Below, in pieces: positions 18,626 to 28,499 of a stretch of 64,000 nt of DNA. This stretch comes from a virus. The stretch is taken from the IMG/VR virus record IMGVR_UViG_3300050015_000276, positions 64,001-128,000 of that record; one strand, 5' to 3'. The notes below the pieces were generated by a model, which worked only from the letters and a program-made list of their open reading frames with translations, was not told the origin of the DNA and ran no database searches. Numbering within the stretch: position 1 is the stretch's first letter; each line of letters starts with the position of its first letter. The position numbers were made by a program, and so were the translations under genes.

Positions 18626-19957
18626 ATGACTTTTCAAGAGAAATTAGAAAGGATCCTCAGCGAAGATAAAAAGTCTGTACTAAAAGAGTCCGAAGAAGCT
18701 TATGGCACTCATAGTCCTACTCAGGTTAAACCTGAAAAGGGCCAGGAAGTTACCTCAAGTTTGGATGGTACAGGTAAAATCGACGCCACAGGTCCAATAC
18801 CAACTGGTGCAGAAGCGACATTGAAGACCACACCTGGCGTCTCGGCGTCTGAGGGTCCAACAGGTCATATTCCGCAAAATTCTGATCTTCCACGTAAACA
18901 ATTGGATGGTTTGGGAACTGATAATAAGGCCGCCGGTAAAAATAGTTTACCTCCAACTCCAAAAGTCTATGGACTTCATGAGGAAGAAGATGATGAAAAG
19001 AAAGAAGTAAAAGAAGAGAAGAAAGAACTTCCTCCTTTTATGAAGAAGAAAGAAGTAAAAGAGGAAACTGATGCTGCGAAAACTCTAAAGTCTCCTCCTT
19101 CTGGTGCTGGTGAAAAAGCTGAAAAGTTACAAGTAAAAGAAGAAACAGATCAAGAAGAAGGCGATAAAACCAAATCCAGTATTAAAGAAGAAGAAAAAGA
19201 GCCAGATGATGACAAAGACGACAAAAAAGCGGTAAAAGAAGCCACGGCCGCACTATTTGCCGGTGAAATGATTTCAGAAGTTTTGAGAGAGAAAACTTCA
19301 GTTATTTTTGAAGCTACTTTATCAGCCCGCATTAAAGATATTCGTGAAAAATTAACCCAACGATTTACCAAACAACTTAATGAACGTGTTGAAAAAATCC
19401 GCGAAGATTTAACAGAAGCCGTTAGTGGTCACCTTGATTTAGTAGTTGAGCATTGGGTAAAAGAAAATGAAGTTCCATTAGAGAGAGCAATTAAATCGGA
19501 ACTAGTAGAAGAATTTATTAGTGGTTTAAAAACTCTTTTCGAAGAAAACTACATTGAATTGCCTCAGGAAAAAGTTGATGTTGTTTCCGAAATGGTAACT
19601 CGCATTACTAAACTTGAAACAAGACTCAATGAGCAAATTGAAACAAACGTACAATTAAAGAATGCTGTAAAACTTCATGAGCGTTCGGATGTGTTCGAGA
19701 AAGTAACAAAGGGAATGGTAAGTACTAAAGCTGAAAAGTTAAGAAACTTATCAGAAAGCGTGGAATACAAAAATGCGAAACAATTTGAAACCGCGTTGAC
19801 CACTTTGAAAGAAAGTGTCGATAATTCCACACAAAAGACTGCACCGGCAAAGCAAACTTTGTCAGAGCAAACATTAGAGCAAAGTCCAGATCCTGTAGCT
19901 TCTAATATGATGAGTTCATTGAAAGCAACAGCGGCTCGAATGAAGGAAAATCGGTAA
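18626..19957 (+). CDS. gp22: Prohead scaffolding protein gp22 with long low-complexity N-terminus
   Basis: VIFEATL, VEHWVKENE, EEFISGLKTLFEENYI, EKLRNLSESVEY; position before gp23. Confidence 0.9.
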   Translation: MTFQEKLERILSEDKKSVLKESEEAYGTHSPTQVKPEKGQEVTSSLDGTGKIDATGPIPTGAEATLKTTPGVSASEGPTGHIPQNSDLPRKQLDGLGTDNKAAGKNSLPPTPKVYGLHEEEDDEKKEVKEEKKELPPFMKKKEVKEETDAAKTLKSPPSGAGEKAEKLQVKEETDQEEGDKTKSSIKEEEKEPDDDKDDKKAVKEATAALFAGEMISEVLREKTSVIFEATLSARIKDIREKLTQRFTKQLNERVEKIREDLTEAVSGHLDLVVEHWVKENEVPLERAIKSELVEEFISGLKTLFEENYIELPQEKVDVVSEMVTRITKLETRLNEQIETNVQLKNAVKLHERSDVFEKVTKGMVSTKAEKLRNLSESVEYKNAKQFETALTTLKESVDNSTQKTAPAKQTLSEQTLEQSPDPVASNMMSSLKATAARMKENR

Positions 19958-20028
19958 AAATTAAGGAAATATAAATAACTCCTGAAGAGTTAAATATATT
20001 ATCCATTTAGAGAATTTAAGGAGAATAC

Positions 20029-21381
20029 ATGATTACCACAGATAAGCTCGTTGACAAATGGGCCGAGGTTCTTGACGACGAAAATTTTGGCAAATTGACT
20101 AATCGCCACAAACGCCGTGTAGTTGCGACGGTTATGGAGAATCAGCAAGTTGAGTTTGAAAAGACTCGCCAAATTCTTTCAGAGTCCGCTCCAACCCTTA
20201 GTACAGGTGCTGGAATTGCAAACTTTGACCCCATTCTAATTTCATTGGTACGCCGGGCTATGCCCAACTTGATTGCTTATGATGTTTGCGGTGTTCAACC
20301 AATGGTTGGACCAACCGGACTCATTTTCGCAATGAAATCGCGTTATCAATCCAAACAAGGTACAGAAGCTCTATTCAATGAAGCGAATACCGCTTTCACT
20401 GGACAAGATCCTAATGGACCTTATGGCCAAACTTGGGGTGCGCCAAATTCAACCGGTGCAACACAAACATTCTCAGGTGCAACACCTCATGCCGGTACTG
20501 ATCCTGTAGCAACTGGATTTCCTCCAACCGCTTCTGGTTATACAACTGGCCGTGCGATGCGTACTCAAGAAGCCGAAGCATTAGGCGATGGTGTGGGAGC
20601 AGACTTTAATCAAATGGCATTCAGCATTGATAAAATTTCTGTCGAAGCAAAGACCCGTGCATTAAAAGCTGAGTATTCTGTAGAAGTTGCTCAAGACTTA
20701 AAAGCTATCCATGGTCTTGATGCCGAAACCGAATTAGCTAATATTCTTTCCGCTGAAATCTTAACCGAAATCAATAGAGAGATTATCCGCACAATCTATT
20801 ATATTGCTGTCCCTGGCGCCGCACAAACTACAAATCCTGGTGTGTTTGACTTGGATGTAGATGCAAATGGTCGTTGGTCAGTTGAGAAGTTTAAGGGTTT
20901 GATGTTCCAAGTGGAACGCGAAGCCAATGCGATTGCGAAGGCTACACGTAGAGGCCGTGGGAATGTTATCATCTGTTCTAGTGACGTGGCAAGCGCATTA
21001 GTAATGGCTGGTAAATTAGATTATACTCCTGCGCTTCAGAATGATTTAACTGTTGACGATACTGGCAATACCTTTGCTGGTGTATTAAATGGTAGATTCC
21101 GCGTATATATCGATCCTTACTTCGGTAATGGTGGTGTTAATGAGGAATTCTTATTGGTAGGATATAAGGGCGCCAATGCATACGACGCGGGCCTTTTTTA
21201 TTGTCCGTATGTACCCCTACAATTATTCCGCGCTCAGGATCCACACAGCTTCCAGCCAAAAATTGCATTCAAAACCCGTTACGCAGTTGCTCCAAATCCA
21301 TTCTGGTCGGATGCTAATGCCACTCTTCAAGCTAATAGTTCCGCTTATTATAGAATGATCCGAATTATAAATCTTCTATAA
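20029..21381 (+). CDS. gp23: Major capsid protein gp23
   Basis: FDPILISLVRRAMPNLIAYDVCGVQPM.GPTGLIFA, RALKAEYSVE.AQDLKAIHGLDAETELANILS, FYCPYVPL. Confidence 0.98.
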   Translation: MITTDKLVDKWAEVLDDENFGKLTNRHKRRVVATVMENQQVEFEKTRQILSESAPTLSTGAGIANFDPILISLVRRAMPNLIAYDVCGVQPMVGPTGLIFAMKSRYQSKQGTEALFNEANTAFTGQDPNGPYGQTWGAPNSTGATQTFSGATPHAGTDPVATGFPPTASGYTTGRAMRTQEAEALGDGVGADFNQMAFSIDKISVEAKTRALKAEYSVEVAQDLKAIHGLDAETELANILSAEILTEINREIIRTIYYIAVPGAAQTTNPGVFDLDVDANGRWSVEKFKGLMFQVEREANAIAKATRRGRGNVIICSSDVASALVMAGKLDYTPALQNDLTVDDTGNTFAGVLNGRFRVYIDPYFGNGGVNEEFLLVGYKGANAYDAGLFYCPYVPLQLFRAQDPHSFQPKIAFKTRYAVAPNPFWSDANATLQANSSAYYRMIRIINLL

Positions 21382-21408
21382 TCAGTAACTTACAGATATT
21401 TCTTTCGA

Positions 21409-21440
21409 AAGGGGAAACCTTTTGGTTTCCCCTTCTTTTT
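21409..21440 (+). terminator. Rho-independent terminator after gp23
   Basis: aaggggaaacc-tttt-ggtttcccctt (11-bp stem) followed by cttttt. Confidence 0.85.
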
Positions 21441-21556
21441 GATTAATATCAATTGAAGTCAAACATACAAAACCAACATAAAATCAAGTTCTTTTTGAAT
21501 TTTCTTGTTATTCATCCCACGATATGCTATAATCTAAATATGAGTAACACAATCAA

Positions 21557-22207
21557 ATGCAACCAAACATACAAAACTCATTCTTAAATAACAAATACAC
21601 TAAAACTTACATTCGTATCACAGAACGTGCCAAGGACAGGATAATTCCTTTTGGTTACACCGAAAAACATCATATAATTCCAAAATGTAAACCATTTTGT
21701 GGACCAAACACAAAAGAAAATCTGGTCTCCTTATCATTCAAAGAACATTTGGTCTGTCATCATCTGTTACTGAAAATGTGTAAAACAAAATTAGAGAAAA
21801 TGAAAATGTATTATGCATTTAACCGAATGGGGCAAACAAGTTCAAATAATAAAAGGATTATTAATCTTAAATCTTATGACAGAATTAAGACTTATTATTA
21901 TGAATTAGGTTTAGGACGAATACCTTGGAATAAAGGTAAAAAAGGTAATAACCTTAAAAAAGAAACATGTATAAAAATGTCTTTGAGCAGAATTGGAAAT
22001 AAAAATAATTTAGGAAATTTTTGGTCTAAAGAAACTTATAACAAAAATTGTTGCAATTATAAAATAACTTTTCCCGACGGACACACCGAAATTGTAAATA
22101 ATTTGAGGCAGTTTTGTAAATATAATAATTTAAATTCAGGAAATATGAATCAAGTAGCTTTAGGTAATTTTAAACAACATAAAGGTTTTAAAGCCACCAA
22201 ATTATGA
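21557..22207 (+). CDS. HNH homing endonuclease (paralog of 4664-5494)
   Basis: YTEKHHIIPKCKPFCGPNTKENLVSLSFKEHLVCHHLL. Confidence 0.9.
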   Translation: MQPNIQNSFLNNKYTKTYIRITERAKDRIIPFGYTEKHHIIPKCKPFCGPNTKENLVSLSFKEHLVCHHLLLKMCKTKLEKMKMYYAFNRMGQTSSNNKRIINLKSYDRIKTYYYELGLGRIPWNKGKKGNNLKKETCIKMSLSRIGNKNNLGNFWSKETYNKNCCNYKITFPDGHTEIVNNLRQFCKYNNLNSGNMNQVALGNFKQHKGFKATKL

Positions 22208-23568
22208 GAAGAAAAACAACCCAAGAATTTATTGAACAAGCAGAAAAATTATATCCGGGAAAATATTCTTATAAGAACACCGTTTATATAAAAAATTCTT
22301 CTTTAGTTAAAATACATTGTAACCTACATAATCTAGATTTTGAACAATCACCAGCAAATCATTTAAATTTTGAAGGATGTCCGGAATGTTTTTCTAACGC
22401 TCAACGAATAAAATTTTCCAAAACATCAGAACAATTTATAAAAGACGCTCAGGAAATTCATGGAAATAAATACGACTATTCTAAAACCAAATATAAATCT
22501 ATTTTAGAAAAAGTAGAAGTTATTTGTCCCGAACATGGTTCTTTTTTTGTATATCCGACAAATCATTTGAGAGGATGTGATTGTCAAAAGTGTGGTTATA
22601 ATAAAATTGCCGGAGGTTATTTTAATAAGTTTTTCCAAAAATATCCAGAAAAGAAAAATGAACCCGCAGTTATATATTTTTATAAATTTGAAAGACTAGA
22701 TGGAACTTATTTTTATAAATTAGGTATATCTACAAAAATTAAATATAGATATTCGGATAAACAATACAAAGCATTTAAAATTTCTATTATTTGGGAAGAA
22801 AATATGTCTTTATTCCAAACCTGGAATTATGAAAATATTTTAACTAAACTGTGGGAAAACTATCATTATACTCCACCAGAATCATTTAATGGAAAAACAG
22901 AATGTTATTCTAAAGAATTTTCTAAACCAAATTTTATTAATATATTTGATCATGAGTGGGAAAAGAAGAAAGAAATTATAATATCCAGATTTAATATCAA
23001 AAATCAAATAAACCAAAATATTATTCAAAAAATTCCTGCCAGAAAAACCACAATAAAAATAATTAATAAGACTGAGGCTTATAATTTTTTAGAACAAACA
23101 CATATTCAAGGATCTGTTAATTGTTCTATAGCTATAGGATTATATTTTAAAGAAAAATTAGTTTCTATAATGACTTTTGGTAAACCAAGATATTCTAAAT
23201 ATGACTGGGAATTATTACGTTTTTCGTCTGCACTAAATACTATTGTTGTTGGTGGTGCTTCTAGATTATTTCATTTTTTTACAAACGAATTTCATCCAAA
23301 AAATGTCATTTCGTATTCAGATAACAGATGGAATAAAGGAAATATATACGAAACTATTGGAATGAAATTTCTTCATAATTCTGATCCGAATTATTGGTAT
23401 ATTAAAGACGATAAGATATACTCAAGAATAAAATGTCAAAAACATAAATTACCAAAATTATTGGAAAATTTCAATCCAAACCAAACAGAATTACAAAACA
23501 TGACAAATAATGGTTTTAAAAAGGTAATTGATAATGGTAATAGTGTCTTCTTATTTGAAAATTCTTAA
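22204..23568 (+). CDS. Homing-endonuclease-like multidomain protein: DUF723-like Zn repeats + GIY-YIG-like segment + C-terminal Hef/Mom-like (GNAT-fold) domain
   Basis: KYDYSKTKY...ICPEHGSF...NHLRGCDCQKC; IYFYKF...YKLGIS; NFLEQTHIQG...ELLRF...VVGGASRLF...ISYSDNRW..GNIY. Confidence 0.7.
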   Translation: MRRKTTQEFIEQAEKLYPGKYSYKNTVYIKNSSLVKIHCNLHNLDFEQSPANHLNFEGCPECFSNAQRIKFSKTSEQFIKDAQEIHGNKYDYSKTKYKSILEKVEVICPEHGSFFVYPTNHLRGCDCQKCGYNKIAGGYFNKFFQKYPEKKNEPAVIYFYKFERLDGTYFYKLGISTKIKYRYSDKQYKAFKISIIWEENMSLFQTWNYENILTKLWENYHYTPPESFNGKTECYSKEFSKPNFINIFDHEWEKKKEIIISRFNIKNQINQNIIQKIPARKTTIKIINKTEAYNFLEQTHIQGSVNCSIAIGLYFKEKLVSIMTFGKPRYSKYDWELLRFSSALNTIVVGGASRLFHFFTNEFHPKNVISYSDNRWNKGNIYETIGMKFLHNSDPNYWYIKDDKIYSRIKCQKHKLPKLLENFNPNQTELQNMTNNGFKKVIDNGNSVFLFENS

Positions 23569-23611
23569 ATTTAAAATAACTCTAAATATTCTCAGAGGTT
23601 CGCCAAGTCAA

Positions 23612-24676
23612 ATGTTCAAAAAGATCTGGTATAAAATGTTGAAAAAACCTTTACCTAAAATTCCAAAAGTCTTAATAACTTTCAAACATCCAAAAACCGA
23701 TTTACCTACAGCTTGTCACGAAGGATTAGGAGTAACAGCATTACACCTAACAATGTCATTAAGAGAAATAAATGTTAATGTTGATTGTTTTCCTATTTCT
23801 AATGGCGAATTTCTCTGGAAAAAATTATTAAAAGAGTGGGCCTCATATACTCATGTTGTTATGTGCGCTCCTTTTATAGATTCTGTTTTCATAGAGAAGC
23901 TAGTATCTAATTTTCCTTCAATAAATTTCACTATCGTTTATCATTCTAATTTAGGATTCTTAAGCCAAGATCGTTTTGCAGTTTCTTCTTTACTTCCATT
24001 TTTTGAAATCGAATCAAAATATCCAAATTTTAGAGTAGGAACAAATTCAGAAGAATTCTCAAATGCTATTGAGCAGGCGTCAAATCGGAAATTCCTTTAT
24101 TTGCCAAATCTTATTCATTTGCCTTATGGTGTAAGGCGCCAACGCCCCAAAAACAAATCAAATGTAATTCATGTTGGTTTATTTGGAGCTTCTAGAGTAT
24201 TAAAAAATTGGTTAACGGCAACTGTGGCTGTTATGATTATTGCCAATAAAACAAAGAAACAAATAGTATTTCATGTATCTAGTAAACGAGATGAAGGTGC
24301 ACTCCATACTCGGTCAAATATGACAGATTTATTAAAATTGAATACTCATGTTAGTTTGGTAGATGTTCCTTGGTTAGATCATGATGATTTCATTCGTTAT
24401 TTATATTCAATGGATCTTTTATTACAGCCTAGTTTTACTGAAACATTCAATAATGTGACGGCCGAAGGATGTCTTTGTGGTGTGCCCAGTGTGGTTTCTG
24501 AAGCTATATTTTGGGTTCCTGATACTTGGAAAACAAATGCTGATAGTGCGGTAGATATTGCAAATGTAGGTATAAAATTACTAAACGACAAATCAGCTAA
24601 TTTAGATGGTTGGAAAGCATTAAATAATTACAATAAAAAATCTGAAAAGCAATGGTTAACCTGGATTAATTCTTAA
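23612..24676 (+). CDS. Glycosyltransferase, GT-B fold (GT4-like)
   Basis: DLLLQPSFTETFNNVTAEG...GVPSVVS (E-x7-E motif); start reassigned to MFKKIW after TAAATA 23583. Confidence 0.8.
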   Translation: MFKKIWYKMLKKPLPKIPKVLITFKHPKTDLPTACHEGLGVTALHLTMSLREINVNVDCFPISNGEFLWKKLLKEWASYTHVVMCAPFIDSVFIEKLVSNFPSINFTIVYHSNLGFLSQDRFAVSSLLPFFEIESKYPNFRVGTNSEEFSNAIEQASNRKFLYLPNLIHLPYGVRRQRPKNKSNVIHVGLFGASRVLKNWLTATVAVMIIANKTKKQIVFHVSSKRDEGALHTRSNMTDLLKLNTHVSLVDVPWLDHDDFIRYLYSMDLLLQPSFTETFNNVTAEGCLCGVPSVVSEAIFWVPDTWKTNADSAVDIANVGIKLLNDKSANLDGWKALNNYNKKSEKQWLTWINS

Positions 24677-24700
24677 GTTTTAATTCATATAAATACCTTT

Positions 24701-24916
24701 ATGACCTTAAATATACTTCATGGAACAGGATACCGAGTGGGTGAATCTGACAGAGTAATTGGATCCTCTATACCCAATCAACCTGATGGATTTATAGTTA
24801 TTAACCAACAAAATGGAAAAATATTCATATACTCTGGTGGTGTATGGACTGATGGTGGTACTTTTCCAAATGCATTTTTTACTCAAGACAATTTAGATTT
24901 GTGGATTTTAAGTTAA
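24701..24916 (+). CDS. Small late protein, paralog A
   Basis: YRVGESDRVIG...PDGFIVIN...SGGVW; follows TATAAATA-N5. Confidence 0.7.
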   Translation: MTLNILHGTGYRVGESDRVIGSSIPNQPDGFIVINQQNGKIFIYSGGVWTDGGTFPNAFFTQDNLDLWILS

Positions 24917-24918
24917 AT

Positions 24919-25203
24919 ATGTCTGTTGCTGCTTATCACACACCCAAATATCGCGTAGGAAATTCATCAAGAACATTAGGAGATTCTACTAATGATCCTG
25001 AAGGATTCATTGTGCTCAATTTAAGTACATTGCAATGTTTTCAGGTTTCTGGTGGTGTTTGGATTAATTTTGGGCTTGTACCTTTGGCTTTAGTTACTGT
25101 GTGGAATTTACCTGCTAGTTTGGCTAATCTTTCTTGGAGCGGTATAACCGAATCACAATGGGCTAATATGACATCTGACCAATGGTCTTCAATAAAAGAA
25201 TAA
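24919..25203 (+). CDS. Small late protein, paralog B
   Basis: [11 protein letters not shown]...PEGFIVLN...SGGVW; C-terminal W-rich repeat [19 protein letters not shown]. Confidence 0.7.
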   Translation: MSVAAYHTPKYRVGNSSRTLGDSTNDPEGFIVLNLSTLQCFQVSGGVWINFGLVPLALVTVWNLPASLANLSWSGITESQWANMTSDQWSSIKE

Positions 25204-25210
25204 GGAACAC

Positions 25211-26104
25211 ATGAAAATACTCTTACTTTTAATGGCTGCATCAGGTATTATGTGGGGACAATGCCCCACAATACCGGCCACACAATATTCAGCATTAAAT
25301 ACTTTTATTAGTTCCAAAATATGTGGACTTTCTGGAACAGTTGCACCAACAGCATCGTGGTGTACAACTGCATTAGTAGGACTTGCAACATATACAAATA
25401 CAACTACAAGTATAATTTATGATTGTACTGCAAATCTTACATGGACACCTCGATCCATACCAGTATCAATTATTAATCAGAGAGGAATATTTAATTCTAG
25501 TACAATATATTCTACTGGCGATGAAGTAGGATATGGTACTCCAACAACACTTTTCATTTCATTAATTGATAATAATAGTGGAAATACACCTTCCGGTAAT
25601 TCTATATACTGGGCAATTCCAGGTCCTCAAGGTCCTGTTGGAGCTACTGGACCTCAAGGGGATACTGGACCTCAAGGTCCTGTTGGAGCTACTGGACCTC
25701 AAGGAACTACAGGAGCTACTGGCCTTACTGGTCCACAAGGACCTACAGGAAATACCGGCCCACAAGGTGCCACTGGTCCTCAAGGTCCTGTTGGAGTTAC
25801 TGGATCTCAAGGGTCTACTGGACCTCAAGGAACTACAGGAGCTACAGGGCCTCAAGGAGCTACTGGCCTTACTGGTCCACAAGGACCTACAGGAAATACC
25901 GGCCCACAAGGTGCCACTGGTCCTCAAGGATCTACAGGGCTTGGATGGATAATAAATCATGGTATTGGTGTACCAAATAGTGTATGTTCTGCTTCTGCTC
26001 AATATTGGGACATTAGTGTAACTCCACAAACATTGTGGATTTGTTCTTACGGTACAACAGGAAATAATGGTGTTTGGCAACTTATAAATACAACAGTTCC
26101 TTAG
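25211..26104 (+). CDS. Collagen-like protein with N-terminal signal peptide
   Basis: [16 protein letters not shown]|Q; about 36 Gly-X-Y triplets ([10 protein letters not shown]...). Confidence 0.88.
   Translation: MKILLLLMAASGIMWGQCPTIPATQYSALNTFISSKICGLSGTVAPTASWCTTALVGLATYTNTTTSIIYDCTANLTWTPRSIPVSIINQRGIFNSSTIYSTGDEVGYGTPTTLFISLIDNNSGNTPSGNSIYWAIPGPQGPVGATGPQGDTGPQGPVGATGPQGTTGATGLTGPQGPTGNTGPQGATGPQGPVGVTGSQGSTGPQGTTGATGPQGATGLTGPQGPTGNTGPQGATGPQGSTGLGWIINHGIGVPNSVCSASAQYWDISVTPQTLWICSYGTTGNNGVWQLINTTVP
25712..25929 (+). repeat. 74-bp exact direct repeat inside the collagen region (25712-25785 and 25856-25929)
   Basis: ggagctactggccttactggtccacaaggacctacaggaaataccggcccacaaggtgccactggtcctcaagg read twice. 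Confidence 0.9.
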
Positions 26105-26112
26105 GATTTAAT

Positions 26113-26880
26113 ATGAAATATATTTTTATATTACTTCTAATACCTTTTTCTTTATTGAGTCAACAATTGCGCACATGTGGTTATAGGGCATCAGATAAAC
26201 CAGGAGATTGTCTTGGTTGGGTTACTCAGGGATTAACAATAACACAAGTAACCAACCTACCTAAAGTTTCAATAATGTCGCCATTTTATGATGTGATTGA
26301 TGGTATATCTGAAACAGATTGTACTATAGGAAATAATGGTACACCATTGTATCACGTACTTTGTGGACCTAATTCTACCGGAACTTCTTGGGTAGCATAT
26401 GGTGGAAGTGGTGGAAGTGGTACTATGTCTTGGCCGAACAATATTGGTATTGCATTATATGGTGGTAATAATACATGGGGAAATTCTCTTGGATTAGTTA
26501 CTAACATAAATATTTTAGGGTCGGATAATAATATCCCAAGTGAAAAGGCTGTCCGTACAGCTATTGATGAAATTTCTTCGCCGCATTATTCTATTGTGGG
26601 GTGGTCAGCAACTCCCACAATAGATATGGCAATTGCTAAAAGTTTTAAAATTACATTAACTGGAGATGTAACCACCTTATCATTTCCTACAATAACGGCA
26701 GGTATCGGAGTTACCATTATTATTTGTCAAGATTCAACTGGAGGCCATTTTCTAACATGGCCAAGTACAATACATGGAGGAATTGTGATTGGATATCAAA
26801 AAAATAAATGTTCTGTACAAGATTTTATAAGTGATGGAGTAAACTTGTACGCTAGAACATTAGGAGTGATCGATCAATGA
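26113..26880 (+). CDS. Signal-peptide-bearing fibre-like protein
   Basis: MKYIFILLLIPFSLLS|Q; C-terminal ATPTID...ITLTGDVT...CQDSTGG..LTWP...DGVNLYA domain shared with 26877. Confidence 0.75.
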   Translation: MKYIFILLLIPFSLLSQQLRTCGYRASDKPGDCLGWVTQGLTITQVTNLPKVSIMSPFYDVIDGISETDCTIGNNGTPLYHVLCGPNSTGTSWVAYGGSGGSGTMSWPNNIGIALYGGNNTWGNSLGLVTNINILGSDNNIPSEKAVRTAIDEISSPHYSIVGWSATPTIDMAIAKSFKITLTGDVTTLSFPTITAGIGVTIIICQDSTGGHFLTWPSTIHGGIVIGYQKNKCSVQDFISDGVNLYARTLGVIDQ

Positions 26881-28139
26881 CGAAACAACTAACTAAATTA
26901 CTTATTTTTGGACTTTTAGGATTTTCTCTATATGGCCAAACTATTAACGGAGTACCTGTATCTAGCACTGGCATCGAACTTACAGCAAATAAAGATGCCG
27001 CGAGTGGATATGCCGGACTAACAGCGGGAACTCTTCTGAAAACGGCGGAGATGCCCGCGTTTACTGGTGATGCTACAACTGTAGCTGGTAACGTGGCGAT
27101 CACCGTAGCTAAGGTCAACGGGACTACAGTTCCGGTAAACTCGGCTGCCGACCAAGTGCTTCTAACGACAGCCTCGGCTACTGGGTCGTGGGGATCGATT
27201 GGTTCCTGTTCGGGGACCGGGCAGGCTTTGCAGTACAACACATCGACCCACGTTTTTGCCTGTGTGACTTTGGGCGTGGATGGATCAGGAACGGCGTCTC
27301 ACTTAGCCTACTATGCGGCAACAGGCTCAACCATTGCAGACGCTGGAGCCGATTTCACTTACGACGGGACGCACACGTGGTCCATGGGGGCATCTGGCAT
27401 CTTGGACTTACATGCTGCCGCTGTAGCCAACGTCAAGTTGCCGGGGGCGAGTACCACTGGGCTAGTGCGCGTGACAACCACAACAGGAGCCATAGGTAGC
27501 GCAGAGTTAAGTGGGGATGCTACGACCAATGCTTCTAATGCGGTTACGGTTGCTAAGATAAATGGAACATCTGTCCCAACTAATTCCGCTGCTGATCAGT
27601 TCCTTGGGACTACGGCGTCGGCAACTGGCGCGTGGGCATCTATAACAAATTGCCTAGACTCGGCTGGAAACCACTTAAATTACAACACCAGCACACATAC
27701 TTTTTCATGCGGTACTACTTCATCTGCGGCAGGCACAGTTACTTCGGTATCTGGAACTGCAAACCAGATAACCTCCAGCGGAACTTCTACTCCTACATTA
27801 TCTTTACCAGCTACAGTATTATTTCCCGGTATTTATCAGGATAAAGTTAATGCTGTTAGTTTCTCTGCTACTCCTGCCTTTGATCTGTCGGCAGGAAATA
27901 CAATCACTATTACTTTAACGGGTAATGTTACCGCTTCTACAATTACCAATCATGTTTCGGGCGAAAGAGTTAATTTCTTGGTTTGTCAAAATGGTACTGG
28001 TGGATATACATTTGCATGGCCCACAACTGTTAAAGGTGCGCCAACAGTAGGTACCACTTTAAGTACTTGTACTTCTGCTTCTTTTATTGATAATGGTACA
28101 AATCTTTATGCCACAGGTATCGGCAACGTCAACATGTAA
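26877..28139 (+). CDS. Signal-peptide-bearing fibre-like protein with two internal repeats
   Basis: MTKQLTKLLIFGLLGFSLYG|Q; GDATT...VAK.NGT.VP.NSAADQ.L.TTASATG.W...YNTSTH.F.C twice. Confidence 0.8.
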   Translation: MTKQLTKLLIFGLLGFSLYGQTINGVPVSSTGIELTANKDAASGYAGLTAGTLLKTAEMPAFTGDATTVAGNVAITVAKVNGTTVPVNSAADQVLLTTASATGSWGSIGSCSGTGQALQYNTSTHVFACVTLGVDGSGTASHLAYYAATGSTIADAGADFTYDGTHTWSMGASGILDLHAAAVANVKLPGASTTGLVRVTTTTGAIGSAELSGDATTNASNAVTVAKINGTSVPTNSAADQFLGTTASATGAWASITNCLDSAGNHLNYNTSTHTFSCGTTSSAAGTVTSVSGTANQITSSGTSTPTLSLPATVLFPGIYQDKVNAVSFSATPAFDLSAGNTITITLTGNVTASTITNHVSGERVNFLVCQNGTGGYTFAWPTTVKGAPTVGTTLSTCTSASFIDNGTNLYATGIGNVNM

Positions 28140-28154
28140 GAGCTAAATATGAAT

Positions 28155-28499
28155 ATGAAGATAATTTATACAATAATTTGCGTGATATTACTGTTTTCCC
28201 CGGTATTAGCACAAGCACAAAATAAACCTACAGAAGTAAAAACTACAGTGCCAAATATTAGTGAAGCGAAGCAAGTTAGTTATTGGTCAGCTAGAGCAGT
28301 AATGATGGATTCTAGGCTTCAATTGGCTAATTTACAACTATTAGGGGGTTCTGGAAAAGATTGGCAAACTGTTAATACTGATTTAAAAAATAGAGAAAGC
28401 AAATTTAATGAGATTGTAAAATCTATTGAAAATATTTGTACTATTGATATAAAATCTCTAAATTTGGGAGTATTAAAGTGCCAGGATACAACTCCATAA
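28155..28499 (+). CDS. Small secreted protein
   Basis: MKIIYTIICVILLFSPVLA|Q; ATG 5 nt after TAAATA 28144-28149. Confidence 0.75.
   Translation: MKIIYTIICVILLFSPVLAQAQNKPTEVKTTVPNISEAKQVSYWSARAVMMDSRLQLANLQLLGGSGKDWQTVNTDLKNRESKFNEIVKSIENICTIDIKSLNLGVLKCQDTTP

Noticed and set aside
25620-25940. CRISPR-like repeat array
   Set aside because: Repeats are in-frame collagen codons without unique spacers; no CRISPR array was seen in the window
25562-26080. Antisense and alternate-frame repetitive ORFs over the collagen gene
   Set aside because: Artefacts of the Gly-X-Y codon repeat
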